Source: Azolla caroliniana (lineage: Eukaryota; Plantae; Polypodiophyta). From it: a stretch of 64,000 bases of DNA. The stretch is taken from NCBI GenBank assembly GCA_043228905.1, contig JBHGNT010000015.1:15624001-15688000 (forward strand). Reading direction: 5' to 3'. Every line of letters begins with the position of its first letter. Position 1 is the stretch's first letter. Positions 41,065-55,397 of this stretch are shown piece by piece. A program made the translations under genes and the position numbers. The notes beneath the pieces were generated by a model. It saw only the letters and a list, made by a program, of their open reading frames with translations. It was not told the DNA's origin and made no database searches.

Positions 41065-41483
41065 GTGTGAATAATGTAGTCATAGGATTATATGTATACT
41101 CATAGCAACTAATTTGACACGATTGACTCATTTCATACTTGATATGACCAAACCATGCTTATAGATTAACACATTGTTGCCAATCCTTGGTCGATCAACT
41201 CCAAAGTTAATGTGCATGTTCAAAAAGCCTAATGTGATGTAGGATACTTATACGAGGCATGACACAAGTTTCATGTGAATAATGTTGTCATAGGATTATA
41301 TGTATGCTAATAGCAACTAATTTGACACGATTGACTCATTTCATACTTGATATGACCAAACCATGCCTATAGATGAACACATTGTTGCCAATCCTTGGTC
41401 GATCAACTCTAAAGTTAATGTGCATGTTCAAAAAGCCTAATGTGATGTAGGATACTTATATGAGGCATGACACAAGTTTCATT
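41065..41483. repeat. Near-perfect ~210-bp tandem duplication
   Basis: gtgaataatg..gtcataggattatatg...gaggcatgacacaagtttcat occurs twice head to tail. Confidence 0.9.
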
Positions 41484-41969
41484 GCTCATTGAGAGACCCA
41501 AGATCAATGGTTATGGCTCCACAATTCGAATGTCTTTATACAAGAACTCAACTTTATGAAGAGTAATTTGAGATGCTAATATACTCTATCTCAAGCTAAT
41601 GTAGTTATATGCTGATTTAAAAATATATAGAAAGAAAGCAGCTAGATCTAGGAGGTTAGGTTAGTTTATCCACTATGAGATAATTTCGTAGTCATTCCTT
41701 GCAAGATTCCTTCCTTTGAAATGTTTGATCATCCATAAATATGAAATGTTTGTCTAATGTGTCCTCTACATTTTTTGTAATATTTGATCCCCTTTGTTTT
41801 CAGTAATAGTTGATCCTGTTCGTTTTTTGATCCTCTTGCAGTTTCTACAATGTCTAACTAACTTGTGTCCTCTTTGCCCAATCTCTATGTTCCTAGTTTT
41901 TACATTGTTCCTGTTGCCCTTTGCATTTTTCCGACCAAACACTCTACTCGCTTTCTAACTATAGGACAC

Positions 41970-43135
41970 CATGGATTCTGAATGGACAACAATTGAAGAT
42001 ATGGATTTCAACACCCATGAAGATGGTCTAAATCCATGGAAAACCCCAAGAATATATCATAGAAGAAAAGGACAAGATAGACGCACCCCAAGTAGCGCAA
42101 TATTATGCAAGAGATCTTATGAGAGATGATATATAAATAATATGAAGAGAGGAAATAAAAAAGGAGAAAGAAACATAGTTATATGCCTCTCTCAATGATG
42201 AGTTATTAGAAGACATGTGAAAATACATCACGAGCCTTTTAAACAAATCAAACTTAGAGCTCAAGGATGACATGACGCAATGCCTTAAGGATGAAATATC
42301 TTGATATAAGGTTGAATTAGCAACTGTAAAAGTTGATTTAGAAAAATGACAAGTAGTGGGAAAATGCTTCTCCACTATTAAAGGCACGTAAGTAAGGAAA
42401 TGCAAATATGGGTAGATGTAGCCAAATATGCCAAAGTTCAAGTTGAGCTTGCTCAAAAGGAAATTAACGCAAATGCTCCCTGGATAGAAGTAGTGAAAAA
42501 GCAAAAAGGAACATTAGTGGATAAGATGCAAATGATCAATGCAACATTAAAAGAAGCCATGCGCATTACATGAATGAGTGGTTGGGCTAAAAAAGGAATC
42601 CCACAAGAAGATGCCAAGAATCTAAGAAATAAAGGTTGGGGCAATAGGATATTCCATTTGCTTTAGCACGGAGGGTGGGAAGACGTGCATCAAGGGTGAC
42701 AAAATATATTTAGATGACGATCTCACTTCCTAATGGTTTGTATATAGAGATGGTAAGGTCGTTATTAAGGGGAAGAGAGCCTTCCTAATGGTGTATGGCC
42801 TATGAGACCTTACATACATATTACTATATGGAATTGTGATGGCACTATAAGGATAAATGCTGGGTACTTTGAAGATACCTTTAGGAACACAAATATTGCT
42901 ATCTATACAACGATACACCAATACATGGCTAGTAAACTACTTGATGTACAAGGATATAGATGGGAGTCAATATATTGTTCCCACCACGAACACTAGGAAG
43001 CACTAAAGGGTCTGGAGGAGTGGTTGTGTTGTACAAATAAGAGCTTGTTGTGCGTAAGGATGTAGATGCACGTTATATGTGGATATGAATCAAAAGAGTG
43101 GATCTTATGAAACTATTTAATGCAACATACACTCA
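41970..43135 (+). mobile_element. Degraded LINE ORF1 and endonuclease start
   Basis: Coiled-coil/ORF1-like fragments, KIYLDDDLT at ~42700, ITIWNCDG at ~42820 and KGSGGVVVL at ~43010 (APE endonuclease start). Confidence 0.6.
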
Positions 43136-43522
43136 GGGTTTGCACAAACTTGACGTAGGCCTCAGGCCCGTGGACAATGATCTCACCACCCTTGTCATCG
43201 ACAAGTAAAGGCCATTATCTCCCGTCATCATAGGTGCTTCCCTTGCCTTCAAAGACTTGTCCATTCCGGGTCGATCTATACTAATATGGTAGAGATGTCT
43301 CGAAGACAAAAAAGAAAAGTACAATATATATAACTTAAGAAAATCTTACATGTGCCGATACCAAGATTCTTTAGTCTCATTTTTTATCTTGTTTACACAG
43401 TTAGTAAACATTTATTTTATTTTGATTTGTTGTTCCGAGAGATGAGAGACAACAACATTTAAGATGTAAAAATCTCTTGTTTTATGTGTTACTAGGCCAT
43501 TTGGGCGTCCTTAATAGACAAG

Positions 43523-43630
43523 TAACAATCGGCAACGGTTCGAGAGGGTCAAAACCGAACCGTTTAAAAATTTTGAAAACCTGAACCGAACCGAACCGAA
43601 CCGAACCATGAAACCGTTAAACCGAACCAT
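43523..43630. mobile_element. One-ended MITE fragment (AACCG repeats) directly upstream of RNASEH2B
   Basis: taacaatcggcaacggtt terminus resembling the MITE at 53922-54065, followed by (aaccg)n. Confidence 0.55.
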
Positions 43631-43679
43631 TAATCCCTCGCTCTCTCTCTAAAACAGAGACAGACAGACACAGAGCACC

Positions 43680-46600
43680 ATGTGTTCAAAGAATCAGCGT
43701 GCTTTCCCGCCATTTCCTTCTTCAGCTCCTCTGATGATCCGCAGAAGCATGGTGGCCACCGCAGCTTCGAATCCTCACTCTCAGCTGCAGGCTCGTGTCA
43801 TGATCGCCCATGGTAGTCCCCATTCTCTTTCTTTCTTCTCTCTCTTTTCTCTCACTTATCTGTATGTGTGTATCTCATTGAAGATAATTAAATAATGCAC
43901 CGTGAATTTGATCAGGTCGCACCATTCTATGCCTTTGCAGCGCTAAATGAATGTTTTTTTTTTCCCCTGTGTTTGGAATGGTCGTGTTAGACCTTCAGGA
44001 GTTTATCTAGCAAGTAGCACTTAATGTGTGTATTACATTCTTCAAAGTAGAGTTAAACAAGTATGCTTTTTCCGTATGGTTTGTGGTAAGGTCTTGTGTC
44101 AATGTTTTCGATTGTATCCAGAAGGATGCTATCCTGCTATCTAGAAACTAGCCAACTTTGCGAAATGATGGCTCCAGATGGACCAATCTGTTTTTTTATT
44201 GTAGTGGTTTGTGACGATCATGCATTGGTTTGCATATACAAATGACGAGTTCAATGGATAGATATCTTCTGTTTTGGGTTTCGGTAAAAGCATGAGTTTT
44301 TCTTAGCTTCCATCAGCCAAGATATGGTGCTGTTATCCATCCAGGGAAAAGCATCGCAAATGATGACATTAACAAAAATTTGCAAATAATGGGTTCATAT
44401 GGGAATTAAACATACCTTACATGTAGCAGGATTTGATGTTGCAACCTATGCAAATGATGGGTAAGGAAATTCAATGAATACATAAGGTACCTTACATCAA
44501 GCATGATATGATGTTGCAATACATGCAAATCATGGGTTCCATGGACACGTAATATGACATACATTTAACAGGATATGATGTTGCAACCTATGCAAATGAT
44601 GGGTACACAACTTTAATGGATACATAACATGGCTTGCATCTAGCAGGATATGATGTTACAATCCACATAAATGATATGACACATAACTTTAAATCTAACA
44701 GGATACGATGTTGCAACCCAAAGGAACTCATGGTTTCAATGGACAGATTACATGGCTTAAATCTAGCAGGATACAGTTTTGCAATTCATCATCAAGCAAA
44801 CATGGCAAATGATGGGTTCAAAAGACAACTTAGGAAGGGCTGTTAATTTTCATCTTCTTATTTTCCAGGTATATTCAAATGAGGGAAGGTGTGAACTGAA
44901 GAAAAAAATGTTGGTCATTGAGTTTGGGATTTCGCATGGGCTATTTATAAGGACAATGTTTTTGTTTAAATTTCTCTAAAAAACATTGCATGTATCTATG
45001 GATATGGTTATTCGTGCATGTTTGATTATATGCATGCACTTATTCGTATGACAGATATCCACCACTTAATAGTTAAGCATAATGTAAATCTTAATTCAAA
45101 TCTAGGGAAACTTGAAATCCCACCCATATTTCAGGCCATTGCAAAATAATAGTGCCTTGAAAGTTGAAATCAAATTTGTTCTCCTCTTTACCCCATTCAC
45201 ATACCAAAACTGGATACATTGGAAGGCCTGAAAATTTCAAAAAACAACCTGAAATGTCTTTTGCTGGAATTCTTTTCCCAGTTTTTATGTACAGCTTTGG
45301 TGCTTAAGCTCAAATTCTTGATAATTTAAATCTCGCTAAAAATTTATTTTTGCTTCTTCTTCCTATATAACAAGTAAATCAACATTGTTGGCAAAGGGAA
45401 AATGGAATGACATGCATAAAAAAGGGTATTTTGAATTTTTGATGCATTTATCTCACTGTTGCTTTTATTTTTATTGTGTTTCCTGAACAGTCCCATCTCA
45501 AGCCAAATGTGGCATCGATTCTCAAGGTTGTTTACTTCAGTTAAAGCATCCAAAGACAGGTATTCATCTCTCTTCACAATAAATCATTTTGGTTCGATAA
45601 AATAAATAAAAGCCACAAAATCTCCTCAAGGAAGGGCTGATTAGTTGTTAAAGATAGAGTAATGATTAAGCAAGTAATAAATAATTAAATAATGAAATGG
45701 ATAAAGGCCACCTATCCTCCGAATCACCCCTGAGCAAAGGAATTGAGACCGATCTTAAACATCATCTGCATCCCATACCACTGAATATTGCCTAAGATTG
45801 TACCTTGGATGAAAATCCACAAAGCACTATTGTTAACAAGAGTCTTGCCACACTACATTTGTCTCAACAGTGTTCTGCAAAATATATTCCACCCCCAGGT
45901 CCTTAGGACACCACATGTACTTGCTATGTCTCATGACCTAATGCAAGTTGCCTCAATTCAAGGTACCCTTAAAATGCTTAGCATTTTGCCCCTTTAAGGT
46001 TGTGCACATAACATTACTCCCCTCCTTTAGAAAATTGTACTCTTGCAATGAAAATGTAAGAAAGTGTGTTTTTGAAGTTGTCTCTTTCTCCCAAATGGCA
46101 TTATCAATAGTTCGATCCAGCCATTTAATCCTAAATTCTGGCATTGATTTAGAAGGTAGAGTTTTCGTTTTGGAATCGAGAATGCATTTTGGCACATGAG
46201 GTTTATAAGCTAAATCCTTGAGAGTAACCAAGTCGTTAACAAATACCATGTTGTCATTAGAAACCAAGAGTTCTTTTAAATGACTAACATGAAAAATTGG
46301 ATGATTATGAACACCATCGAGAAGATGTAGATGATAGGCAAATGAACCAATATATTGAAGAATTGAAAATGGTCGACAATAACATGTTGCTAATTTGTGC
46401 ACTTGCCCACATATAATGTTTTAGAATCATGAGGCAAATGCAAAAAGTCTTTTTGACCAGGGACAAATACCTGAGGATTTTGATGATGGTCAACATAAAG
46501 TGTCTCTATCTTGAGTAATTTTAACTTTATTTAGTGCAATATGCAACATTTCTTGTATATACCCCAATATTTGGTGTGTGCTTTCTAATTTGTTGCGATT

Positions 46601-49600
46601 TATATTAACATCAATTGGAGTGCGTGGCTGGGAGCCATACATCAACATAAAAGATGTTTAGAGCTAATTTAAGCAAACCCTAAAATAGGTAGATATTGTT
46701 TCCATAAGGAAGGTTTTTTAGAAACATAACCCCAAAGCAGATCCTCAATTTTGATTAATTTGTTCAGTATGTCCATCTGATTGTGGATGATTTGAAAAAC
46801 TCATGCTTAATTTAGTTCTAGCTTTCTAAAGACTTGTTTCCAAAATGTGCTAATGAACTTAGAATCTCGATTGCTCACAATATCGATCTGTAAGCCATTA
46901 AAGTGGAATAATGTGTCCGCACGTTGACAATTTTAATCTATCAAGCTTAGGATACATCTCAAAATGAAATTCCCAATGCCGTAACCAAGTGCAAATTGCT
47001 TCCTTCTTATATGGTGTCATGACAAATGAAGGTTCACCTTGTAGATTCCCTTCATTTTCTGAATCCTCATAGACATTATCGAAGCAGGATTCAAGATTTG
47101 TTGGAAGGTCATATTGAGGGCATTTTATAATTCAGTTAAGTATGCCTCCAATGAAAAATTAAATGAAGTGCTAGGTTGGACCAATTGCAGTTGGGATGGT
47201 TTGGTATCCTCATCCATGTGTGTGGCCATTTATTTAACACTGACAATCTAAACTAAAATATTACATGCAACAACTGATCTCAAAGAAAATTGTGTTTGAA
47301 TAATTGATGGCAAGAAAGAATAACCTAGAAATCATTTCATGTTTTACCCCTCTAGACATATGAGATGGTTTTCAAAGATCAGATAATTGTGGTAACACTA
47401 TTGGTGTTTTAAAAACCATAGAGGTGACATACAAGTTAATGCTTTCATTGATCCCTAGCTAAATTATTCATGGTGGCAGGCTCAACTACGGTTTTTACCC
47501 CTCTAGACATATGAGATGGTTTTCGAAGATCAAGTAACTGTGGTAACACTATGGTGTTTTAAAAACCACGGAGGTGACATATAAGTTAATGCTTTCCCTG
47601 ATCCCTATCTAAATTATTCATGGTGGCTCCTCGAGGCGCAACCACAGTTTATTACCATGAATGACACACACACACATCAAACAAGATTAAGAAATGCTTT
47701 GTTTGTAGCCACATGAGTGTTGTCGACTCTTTAATTCCCATAATGGAACCCTGACTTCCCCACACAAACTAAAACATTATGTCAAGCATTCGTGCATTAA
47801 GCATCCTAAAAGAAGTGCCATTTGGGCATGTCATAAAGTGGGTAACCTTTGGTTATCCAAATATGTAACTTGTATGTTGGGTATGTCGAAGGATGGGTGC
47901 ATTTGGGATAACCCAAGAGGCCAAAATGAATATCAACGGTAAAGAAAGTGACTACTATGGTTTGTAAGGACCCCTAATGGCCATGTCATCTGTGCCCTTA
48001 GATTCAAATCACAAATCAACCTACTCGTAAGTGCTAACTCTTTTTATTTGTATGTAAGAAAATGCATGCACATTTCTGATGTGTAATGCATCAATTCTCC
48101 AATGATTTTTGTTTTGTGCTTTTAAGCAACACTAATTTTAGTACTAAAATTATGTGTTTGTAATAAGGCGCATAATATTCTAAAACTTAATATGCACGTT
48201 ACTATTAAGATTTGAAAAATTCTATTATGTATTAATGCATTATAGTCACTAATGTATTTAAACGTTAATGTTCTTAATAACATATTATAAAGAAGTTATC
48301 ATAATAATAAATCATTATTATTGATGATTAAATGGATTAATTCATAACTATTAAACATTTAAATTTCATGATATAAAATAATAATCAATTGAATAAATTG
48401 TAAGATTAAATTGAAACAATTAAAGATAACGTAAGAAATCGCCATGGAATCAATGTAACAATAAAATAAAATAAAAATTAATTTCCATGCTAGTGTTTAG
48501 AATAGGAGAATTAGCCAAAAAAAGAAAGAAAAGAAAGAACTCGGTTTTTGCTCTTTTGCTTTCCTAAATCACGACATGAAACCTTATAGCTCACCCATGA
48601 TAATATCAATAACAAAGGAGAAAACAAATTATCAGCCTCGTTCTGATACCAAACGTCAAAGATAAGCTAATGATTAAGCAAACAACAAAAAATTAAAGAA
48701 ATTGAGATGGATCTTAAACATCATCAGCATCCCATACGACTAAACTGAATATTGCCTAAGACTGTACATGTACATTGGATGCAAATCCACTAAGCGCTAT
48801 TGTTTGAACAACATTCCAACAGAAATATTGGTCTTCTCCTAATGAGGTTAGCTACTCATTTTATACTTGCACCCTAGGTTCTCAGTACACTGCATGTACT
48901 TGCCCTTAAAACACTGGATTTTGCCCTTTCAAGGTTGTGCACGTAACATTAATGCTTCAAATTATTCATATTCTCACAGATCATGTGTTTTTGTTAGCAA
49001 AGTCTGTACATCATCTCCCCAATATTTATCATCAAGTTCTAGTCCTTGGGGAGAGAATGATTTAGAATCGACATCAAGATCTCGCTCTCGCATACCTTGA
49101 GTACTTTCTATGAACCCTGAATTGGTGCATGGAAACGAATCCTCTTCTAATTATTCATGATTCCTGATTACATTTGAAGCCATTTAGTTTTGGAAGCTTG
49201 CGTGGAACTTAATTTTCTTTTCTTTTCTTACTCGCAGATGATGAGTTTACATATACAGTTATAATCTTTGTCAGCTCTCACAGGCCATTATGATCTGCTA
49301 GAGACATTAAATATCCATGCACTTTCTGCAATCAAATAGAGTATTTAAACAGTTAAACTGAAGTTTAGTGATGGACTAACCTAAAACTTCTAAATGCAGT
49401 AGCTCTTCATTTGTGAATCCTAAGTACATAGTTATTCTTTTTTTGGCAATTGCCACTATATTGCATATTTTCTGTCTCAAACACGCAACATTGAGAATTA
49501 GGATACGTATAGTTATAAGAATTGGATTCTTGGAATACAAGATTCTCTTCAGAAGAATAGTCTCTTGAAGAGTAGCCTTAGTTTTGCCTTGGTCATGCTT

Positions 49601-52600
49601 CTATTGATTGCATTTTGTATTGGTTTATGTCCTAGGAAATTGTAATGACATGCTAAAAGTTCTGCTAATCATGTGAAATTCCTTTCATTGCAGGTTCAAA
49701 GTCATGCTATATGTTGATAGATGAAACACTTCAAGAAATTCATTGGTTCAAGGAGCAGTTTAGTTCTTGGTTTATTGGTGATTATGCATTGGAAGGTATG
49801 CATGTTTTCACTTTTATTATACATCTCACTTTCCATCCTTAATGCGTGATTGTCTTATCATACATAAAGCTATAAATGTTGGTAAAGAGAAGATAGCTTT
49901 ATGAACGCTAATTATCATTGCATGATATCTATTATGCATACAGAAAAACTTAATTATATCTTTATCTATAGCTTGGATTGCTCATTTTTCTCTTTAAAAT
50001 TTCATCTTATCCTGTTTTGACAGATGGCAGCCTTTATATGTCTACACCAATAGATCCAATCTTTTTACTTCTACCGATCCTTGATGAAGCTCGAATGAAG
50101 GTTTTCAATCGTAACATCCATATTTATTTCCATGTGTATTTTCCACATGTTCAAAGTGCTCTACATACTGTATAAATTTCAACAACCTTATGGCACTGAT
50201 TTTCTCAGGATCATGTTTGTTGGTTTTGATTTCCCTATTTAGGGTTTGTGCATTTGGTGTAATGAAAAGTGAAAGAATGCACTATCTTCCTGCCTTGTAA
50301 AGTTGTATCCTCAAAAGAAACTCTATTTATTTGTTTTTTTCCTCTTCGATGTTTTTTTATTATTATCTTGAATCTTTAGAAGTCTGCTTCAAAAGCATCT
50401 TCTTAACTAGGAGTCTGCATGCTCTTCAAAAACAAAAAAAAATTGTAAACCTCACTCACTAAGGCCATTATTCATCAGCATTATCGCCAGCCATCGTATG
50501 ATGCAATAAACTAGATCATCCAACATGAATAGATTGGAAGACTCACAACTTGTATCATCACTCTGGTCACTTTTCTTCTTCACTATTGTGTGCATTTGTT
50601 TCATCTGTCCAAGCCAATTCCCACAAGCTATCTTATTTGTTTGCTCTGTCCAAGAGAAACACCAAAAATATTCCCTTCACAAGTGGTATAAACGCTCTTT
50701 AGGATTTCTCTTTGGATAAAGCTCAAAAATGCAATGCAATAAGATATGATCCATCTGAAAAGCATATGCGGCACACTACTTTGATTTGTTTGCAAATCTT
50801 TCTTTAAATTACAACTTTTTCTCACTATCATTTGCTTGGGCCTTTTTCCATCTCCCATATCCATATCTGTTCTCATCTCTCATCCAAGTGCACTGTTCAT
50901 TCACTTCTTGATTTTGGGGAGCTTGATAGGGCTAATAAGCTGTACTATTCCTATTGTTTCTTTCTTTAGAAAGCGGATGACCTTGGAAAATTTAGGGCAT
51001 TGGAGGAAATTTTGTATGTCGATGGTTATCCTGGGTATTTAAGTCTTTCGCAGCTCCCACCTACTTTTCTTGATGTGGTCTGTGAAGTAAAAGGTACATG
51101 GATCTTTCTAGAAAATCATTTATATTTCTCGATTAGATTTTATGCTCAGAATCAATCTGTTTTTTGCAGAAGTTGGATCTTCAAAGTATTATAGGCTTGA
51201 TGATACTAAAGTTCTGTCTTGGCTTTGTTGTAAGGTGTGTCCATTCTAACATCTTCCTATTTATTTATTTTTTCAAAATTTTAAAAATCTGGAAAAAAGA
51301 TGTCCATTTTTGCAAGAAAAAATATTAAGGACTCACTGCATGATAATAATCACATTACGCTATGAAATCCTTAAATCTTTTGCGACCAAGATTTCTCACA
51401 AATTCTGGCTATTTCATTTTTTCGTTGCATTATAGAGCTCTAATTGTTTCTAGATAAGGAGGTAACGAATTGTATTTTTTCTATCAATTCATTTGAATGG
51501 TTGGAGCCTCTTAAACTGAATTAATTTGAATGGTTGTATTTTGTAAGACATTTTTTTTGCTCTTCTTGCTGGTTTACTGAAAGAAAAATCAAGCAAATCT
51601 TCTATACTTTCTATTGCAACTTCAAAAAAATGCATTATGCCTTGGAATCCTCAAACCTGTTATGACCAATATTTCTCGCAAATTCTAGTTATCTCATTCT
51701 TTTGTTCTGTTTTTGAGCTGTAATTGTTTTCTTCTAGGTAAGCCGATAATGGAATGTATTTTTACTAACAATTCATTTGAATGCTTGGATGAGGAATTCA
51801 TAGCATGAAACTCTTCAAGTTTAGAAAGTAGGGTTAATTTTTCAAAAATTTCCCAACATTGCATAGCTAATTTTTGGTAGATATTGGTTTTATTTATGTA
51901 ATTTAATGTAAAATTGGGTGTATTACTAAAAAGTTGTATAAATTGCTAAAATTTCTAAATATCCTTACAAAAATAGCCATTGGGTTATAACTAGCCGTTA
52001 ATGGTTTCACTGGTAACAACTTTCTTTCTCACATGGTGTAAACTACAAGTTCAAGACACAAGGTTTTCTATTGAGAGAAGTTTTGAGAGTCTTGTTTATT
52101 ATATCATGAGGTGCTAGAACAATAATGTGAAAAGACTCTTGACAAAGACATTCTGTCACATCTGATTTTGTTAGATCGGCTGAATCCAAAAGAAATTGGC
52201 AGTCAGATCCTTCTTAATATTTTTCTTTTTTGTGCGTGCCTTTGTTTGATGGCTTTTGTTAATGTCCTCAAAGATGAATTATGGTCAACGTTTAAATCTT
52301 GTCTTTTCATTGAACCCTTTCAATTACGGTATCTTGTTTTTTGCTTAATATGTTACTTGTTGCATGGTTACAATGATTGATTCTTCATATGATTTAATTT
52401 TTTTCACCTCAGGTGAAGCTTACTATGCATGGTTTGGATGCATTGGAGGGTTATAGTAGCATGTTGGAAGGAGCAAAGGGTAATAAGGCACAAGTATTTA
52501 GCTTATAAGAATATTTTCAAATGTTTAAAAGAAAAAGTTGCAATAATGAACTTCTTTGGCTCTCGTATGATTTTCTTTTTGTTATAACGTTACACTGTTG

Positions 52601-53133
52601 AAGTTGCAATGACACCATATATATACATATTCTTTTTTCAGAGGCTCATGCCATAGGATTGATCGGAGATTATTTAAAAGAATCACCATGGCTAGAGATG
52701 CTCTATAAACACTTTGGGTATTGCATACACCTAATTTAGTTCTATGTCTGTGTAATTTGAATATTCCATTTTCTTATTGACTATAGTACCTCTCAGTGTC
52801 TAGCTTTCATATGTATGAAAGAGATCAATGATGGTCATGTGCCTTTTTCTTTCCTTTTTTTTGCCAGTGTGGATTTACAAACATTGAAGAAATCATTTCC
52901 TGTTGATGCCAGTGATAGTTTTGATCCCAAGCCCAATATTGTAAGTATGGTAATTTCAAACAATTTCCATCTCATCGCCTGGCTTGATTTTGATTATATA
53001 CACACTAAGGATAATTATGCTCATGTAGATGAGAAAAGATGGAAATGTTGTGGCTGCGAAAACAAAGATGGCCAAAAAAGGAAATACAGTTGGTCTAAGG
53101 AAAGTTACTCAATTCTTTGCTCGTGAGCGCTGA
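43680..53133 (+). CDS. RNASEH2B: Ribonuclease H2 subunit B, ~296 aa, 10 exons
   Basis: Exons 43680-43812, 45491-45559 (LLQLKHPKTG), 49694-49795 (LQEIHWFKEQFSSWFIGD), 50024-50100 (GSLYMSTPIDPIFLLLP), 50970-51093, 51170-51234 (YYRLDDTKVLSWL), 52413-52479, 52642-52717, 52868-52940 and 53029-53133 (RKVTQFF, PIP-like). All GT-AG, 891 nt in phase. The start could instead be the ATG at 43749. Confidence 0.92.
44400..44822. repeat. Degenerate minisatellite (~55-70-bp unit, ~6-7 copies) in RNASEH2B intron 1
   Basis: Core tagcaggatatgatgttgcaacctatgcaaatgatggg recurs with variable spacers. Confidence 0.75.
45646..48948 (-). mobile_element. Internally deleted Ty3/gypsy chromovirus in RNASEH2B intron 2
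   Basis: LTRs 45646-46013 and 48654-48948 (both end ...ggttgtgcac.taaca); TSD ttagt/ttaat. PBS gttctgatacca at 48640-48651; PPT ggaggggag on minus at ~46016. Integrase GPF region (HPIFHVSHLK) and chromodomain (FRIKWLDRTIDNAIWE). Internal ~150-bp duplication at ~47341-47626. Confidence 0.85.
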
Positions 53134-53921
53134 TTATTTTATTTCTTCCTCCTTGTTCATGGTGCGTGAACCAATGGATGTAAAATATAAATTTTGATGA
53201 ACCAGACCGAAACATTTTCACATGAGCATTTTGATTCAAGAAAACGGGGTACATTTTCAAATGAGAACAAAGGTGTTTCATGTGCAATTCAGACTGACTA
53301 CAAATGATTTGTACTGTCTTTTCTTGGTCAGCATTTCTTAGCGAGTGCGTTTTTTATGATTTATGCAAGAGTGACAAATTAGCACTACATCATAAAATCA
53401 GTGCTTACATGAGTTAAATGATGAAGTATTTGTAGGGTTACGATGAAAAGGGTTTAGAAAGAAAAATGCTTCAGAAGAAAAAATTAGCCATGTGGGGTTT
53501 TAAATATGGTAATTTATGAGATATTGCAAAAATGGAAGATGCCTATTAAAAACATGGTGTGGCCTTTACAATTCTGAATCGAAATTGATTAAAAGATACA
53601 CATTACAGACATTTTATGAAATCTTTCTACTAAATCGAATTTCATTTCATCATTGGTGATAAAATATGGATAACACTGTTTTTACAAAATGCAGACAATT
53701 GGAATGCCAATCAATTTAGAGCAAGATAGGGTGAATGTAATTTGTAGAGAGGAGCTTGGTGCAAGCAGCATAATCATGTTCTTGTGAAAGTTTAACCAGA
53801 AAAATACCCTTGAGTAGACATTATGTGTAGTTAAATAAATGGAGAGTTTATTAACATAATTGAATGAAAAGCTAACATGGAATTGTAGACAACTATTTTA
53901 TTTATGCTCTTCAATAACTAG

Positions 53922-54065
53922 TAACAATTGTCAATGGTTTGATTCGAGCGTGTCAAACTCAAGCCATTTAAAAATAATGAAACTTAAACTGAACTGAACC
54001 GTTTTAAACCATTAAGTTGTTATGCGGTGGTTTTGCAGTTCGGTTTGATTTGTTGCCGGTTGCTA
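53922..54065. mobile_element. Short hAT-like MITE
   Basis: taacaattgtcaa... / ...gttgccggttgcta imperfect TIRs; 8-bp flanks ataactag / agaactag (7/8 match). Confidence 0.65.
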
Positions 54066-55397
54066 AGAACTAGTGCCATGCTTGTAATATTTGAAAACAT
54101 TATGTCCAATAATACATGATTCTTAGTGGAGTCTCTTAGAAAACACCATATTTAAGCTAATAAGGGAATGTTATCATGCCTAGATTTGTCATCATGTTAA
54201 GACAAGGATGAAGCAACCACAATAGGGAGAATTTGCACTAAGTTACACAATTGTGATGAGTTTTTGTATAAGACATTGGATAATTGCCACACCTTCCTCG
54301 AGGTGTGAACAACCAAAGTTTCTCCTTTGTTTTCAATTATAATGATGTGTAGGGTATCTTCAAAGTAATCATACAATAATTGGTCTTTATTAGATGGAAT
54401 AAAAGTCAGAAAGAGTTTTTAACATAAAACAAGAAGGTTTTGCACAATTGTGCACTTTTCTTTGCTTGTGTATCCAAATGCAATCTCCACATTGTATTTT
54501 GAAAGCGTTTTCTTGTCTTCTCTTTGCTTGATCAATCTTGCTCACCAATTCTCATGGGAAGATCAGGTGGCACTATGAGCATAAACCATGGTACCATGTC
54601 CACCCTATTTCTTTTTGTCTTGGGAGTGTCTTGGCACATCTTATTGGCTTTCTCAAGTTTGATCCTTGCCATGGGCTAGGCCCCATACCAAAGATCACCA
54701 TTAGTATCTTGTGGGATGCTAAAAAGATATCTATCTCAATTGCTTGTGCTTGATGAGCTTCCCCTTATGCCTCCTCTAATGGTCTTCCTTGTGCATTGGG
54801 CTTCCTTTAGGCTTTGGTTATGCTAGGTTTTAGGCTTTAGCCCTTCCTTTTCCCCTCCTTGCTTGGTTTTAGATTCATTCTTGCTTTGAAATGGCATTGG
54901 TCCATAATCTTTCTTGTGTTTCCTTCTTGATGGCTTGGTTCATGTGCATTGTCATAACAAATTTACTAAACATGCACACCATCTTTCTCTATTTACTAGC
55001 ATTTAAGTTTTATCCAAAACTTGCATTCCCATAAGGAAACATTGTAACCTAAAATTTATCCTTAAGTTTTCAAAACAATTAATAAACTACTTAAAATTTC
55101 CTATAAACTATCATCTATAGAGTGATGATTTAGTAGTATATTAGATGTTTGTAGTACCTTCATTATTAATTTACCACTAAATAGATACTTGGGTTGACTT
55201 GCATTTTGTGAAGTTTGTTGTCAACAATTCGATACATTATGCTACCTTGCAAACTCTATTATTCCCAAACAACACACTCTAGTATTTGTTAGATGTAGTT
55301 AATGATCCACCTCAACCCAAGTTGTTATTTTTAGAGTGCACATTTTGTGATAGCTTTCCAAACGAGGGTAGCTATTGTGCCAACCCAATCATAGGGG

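Noticed and set aside
44400-44822. CRISPR-like repeat-spacer array
   Set aside because: Eukaryotic intron, degenerate repeats, related spacers and no cas genes; treated as a minisatellite.
43523-54065. RNASEH2B captured inside one large hAT/Pack-type transposon
   Set aside because: The right terminus at 54065 pairs with its own left end at 53922 (TSD ataactag/agaactag), and the flank at 43515-43522 does not match.
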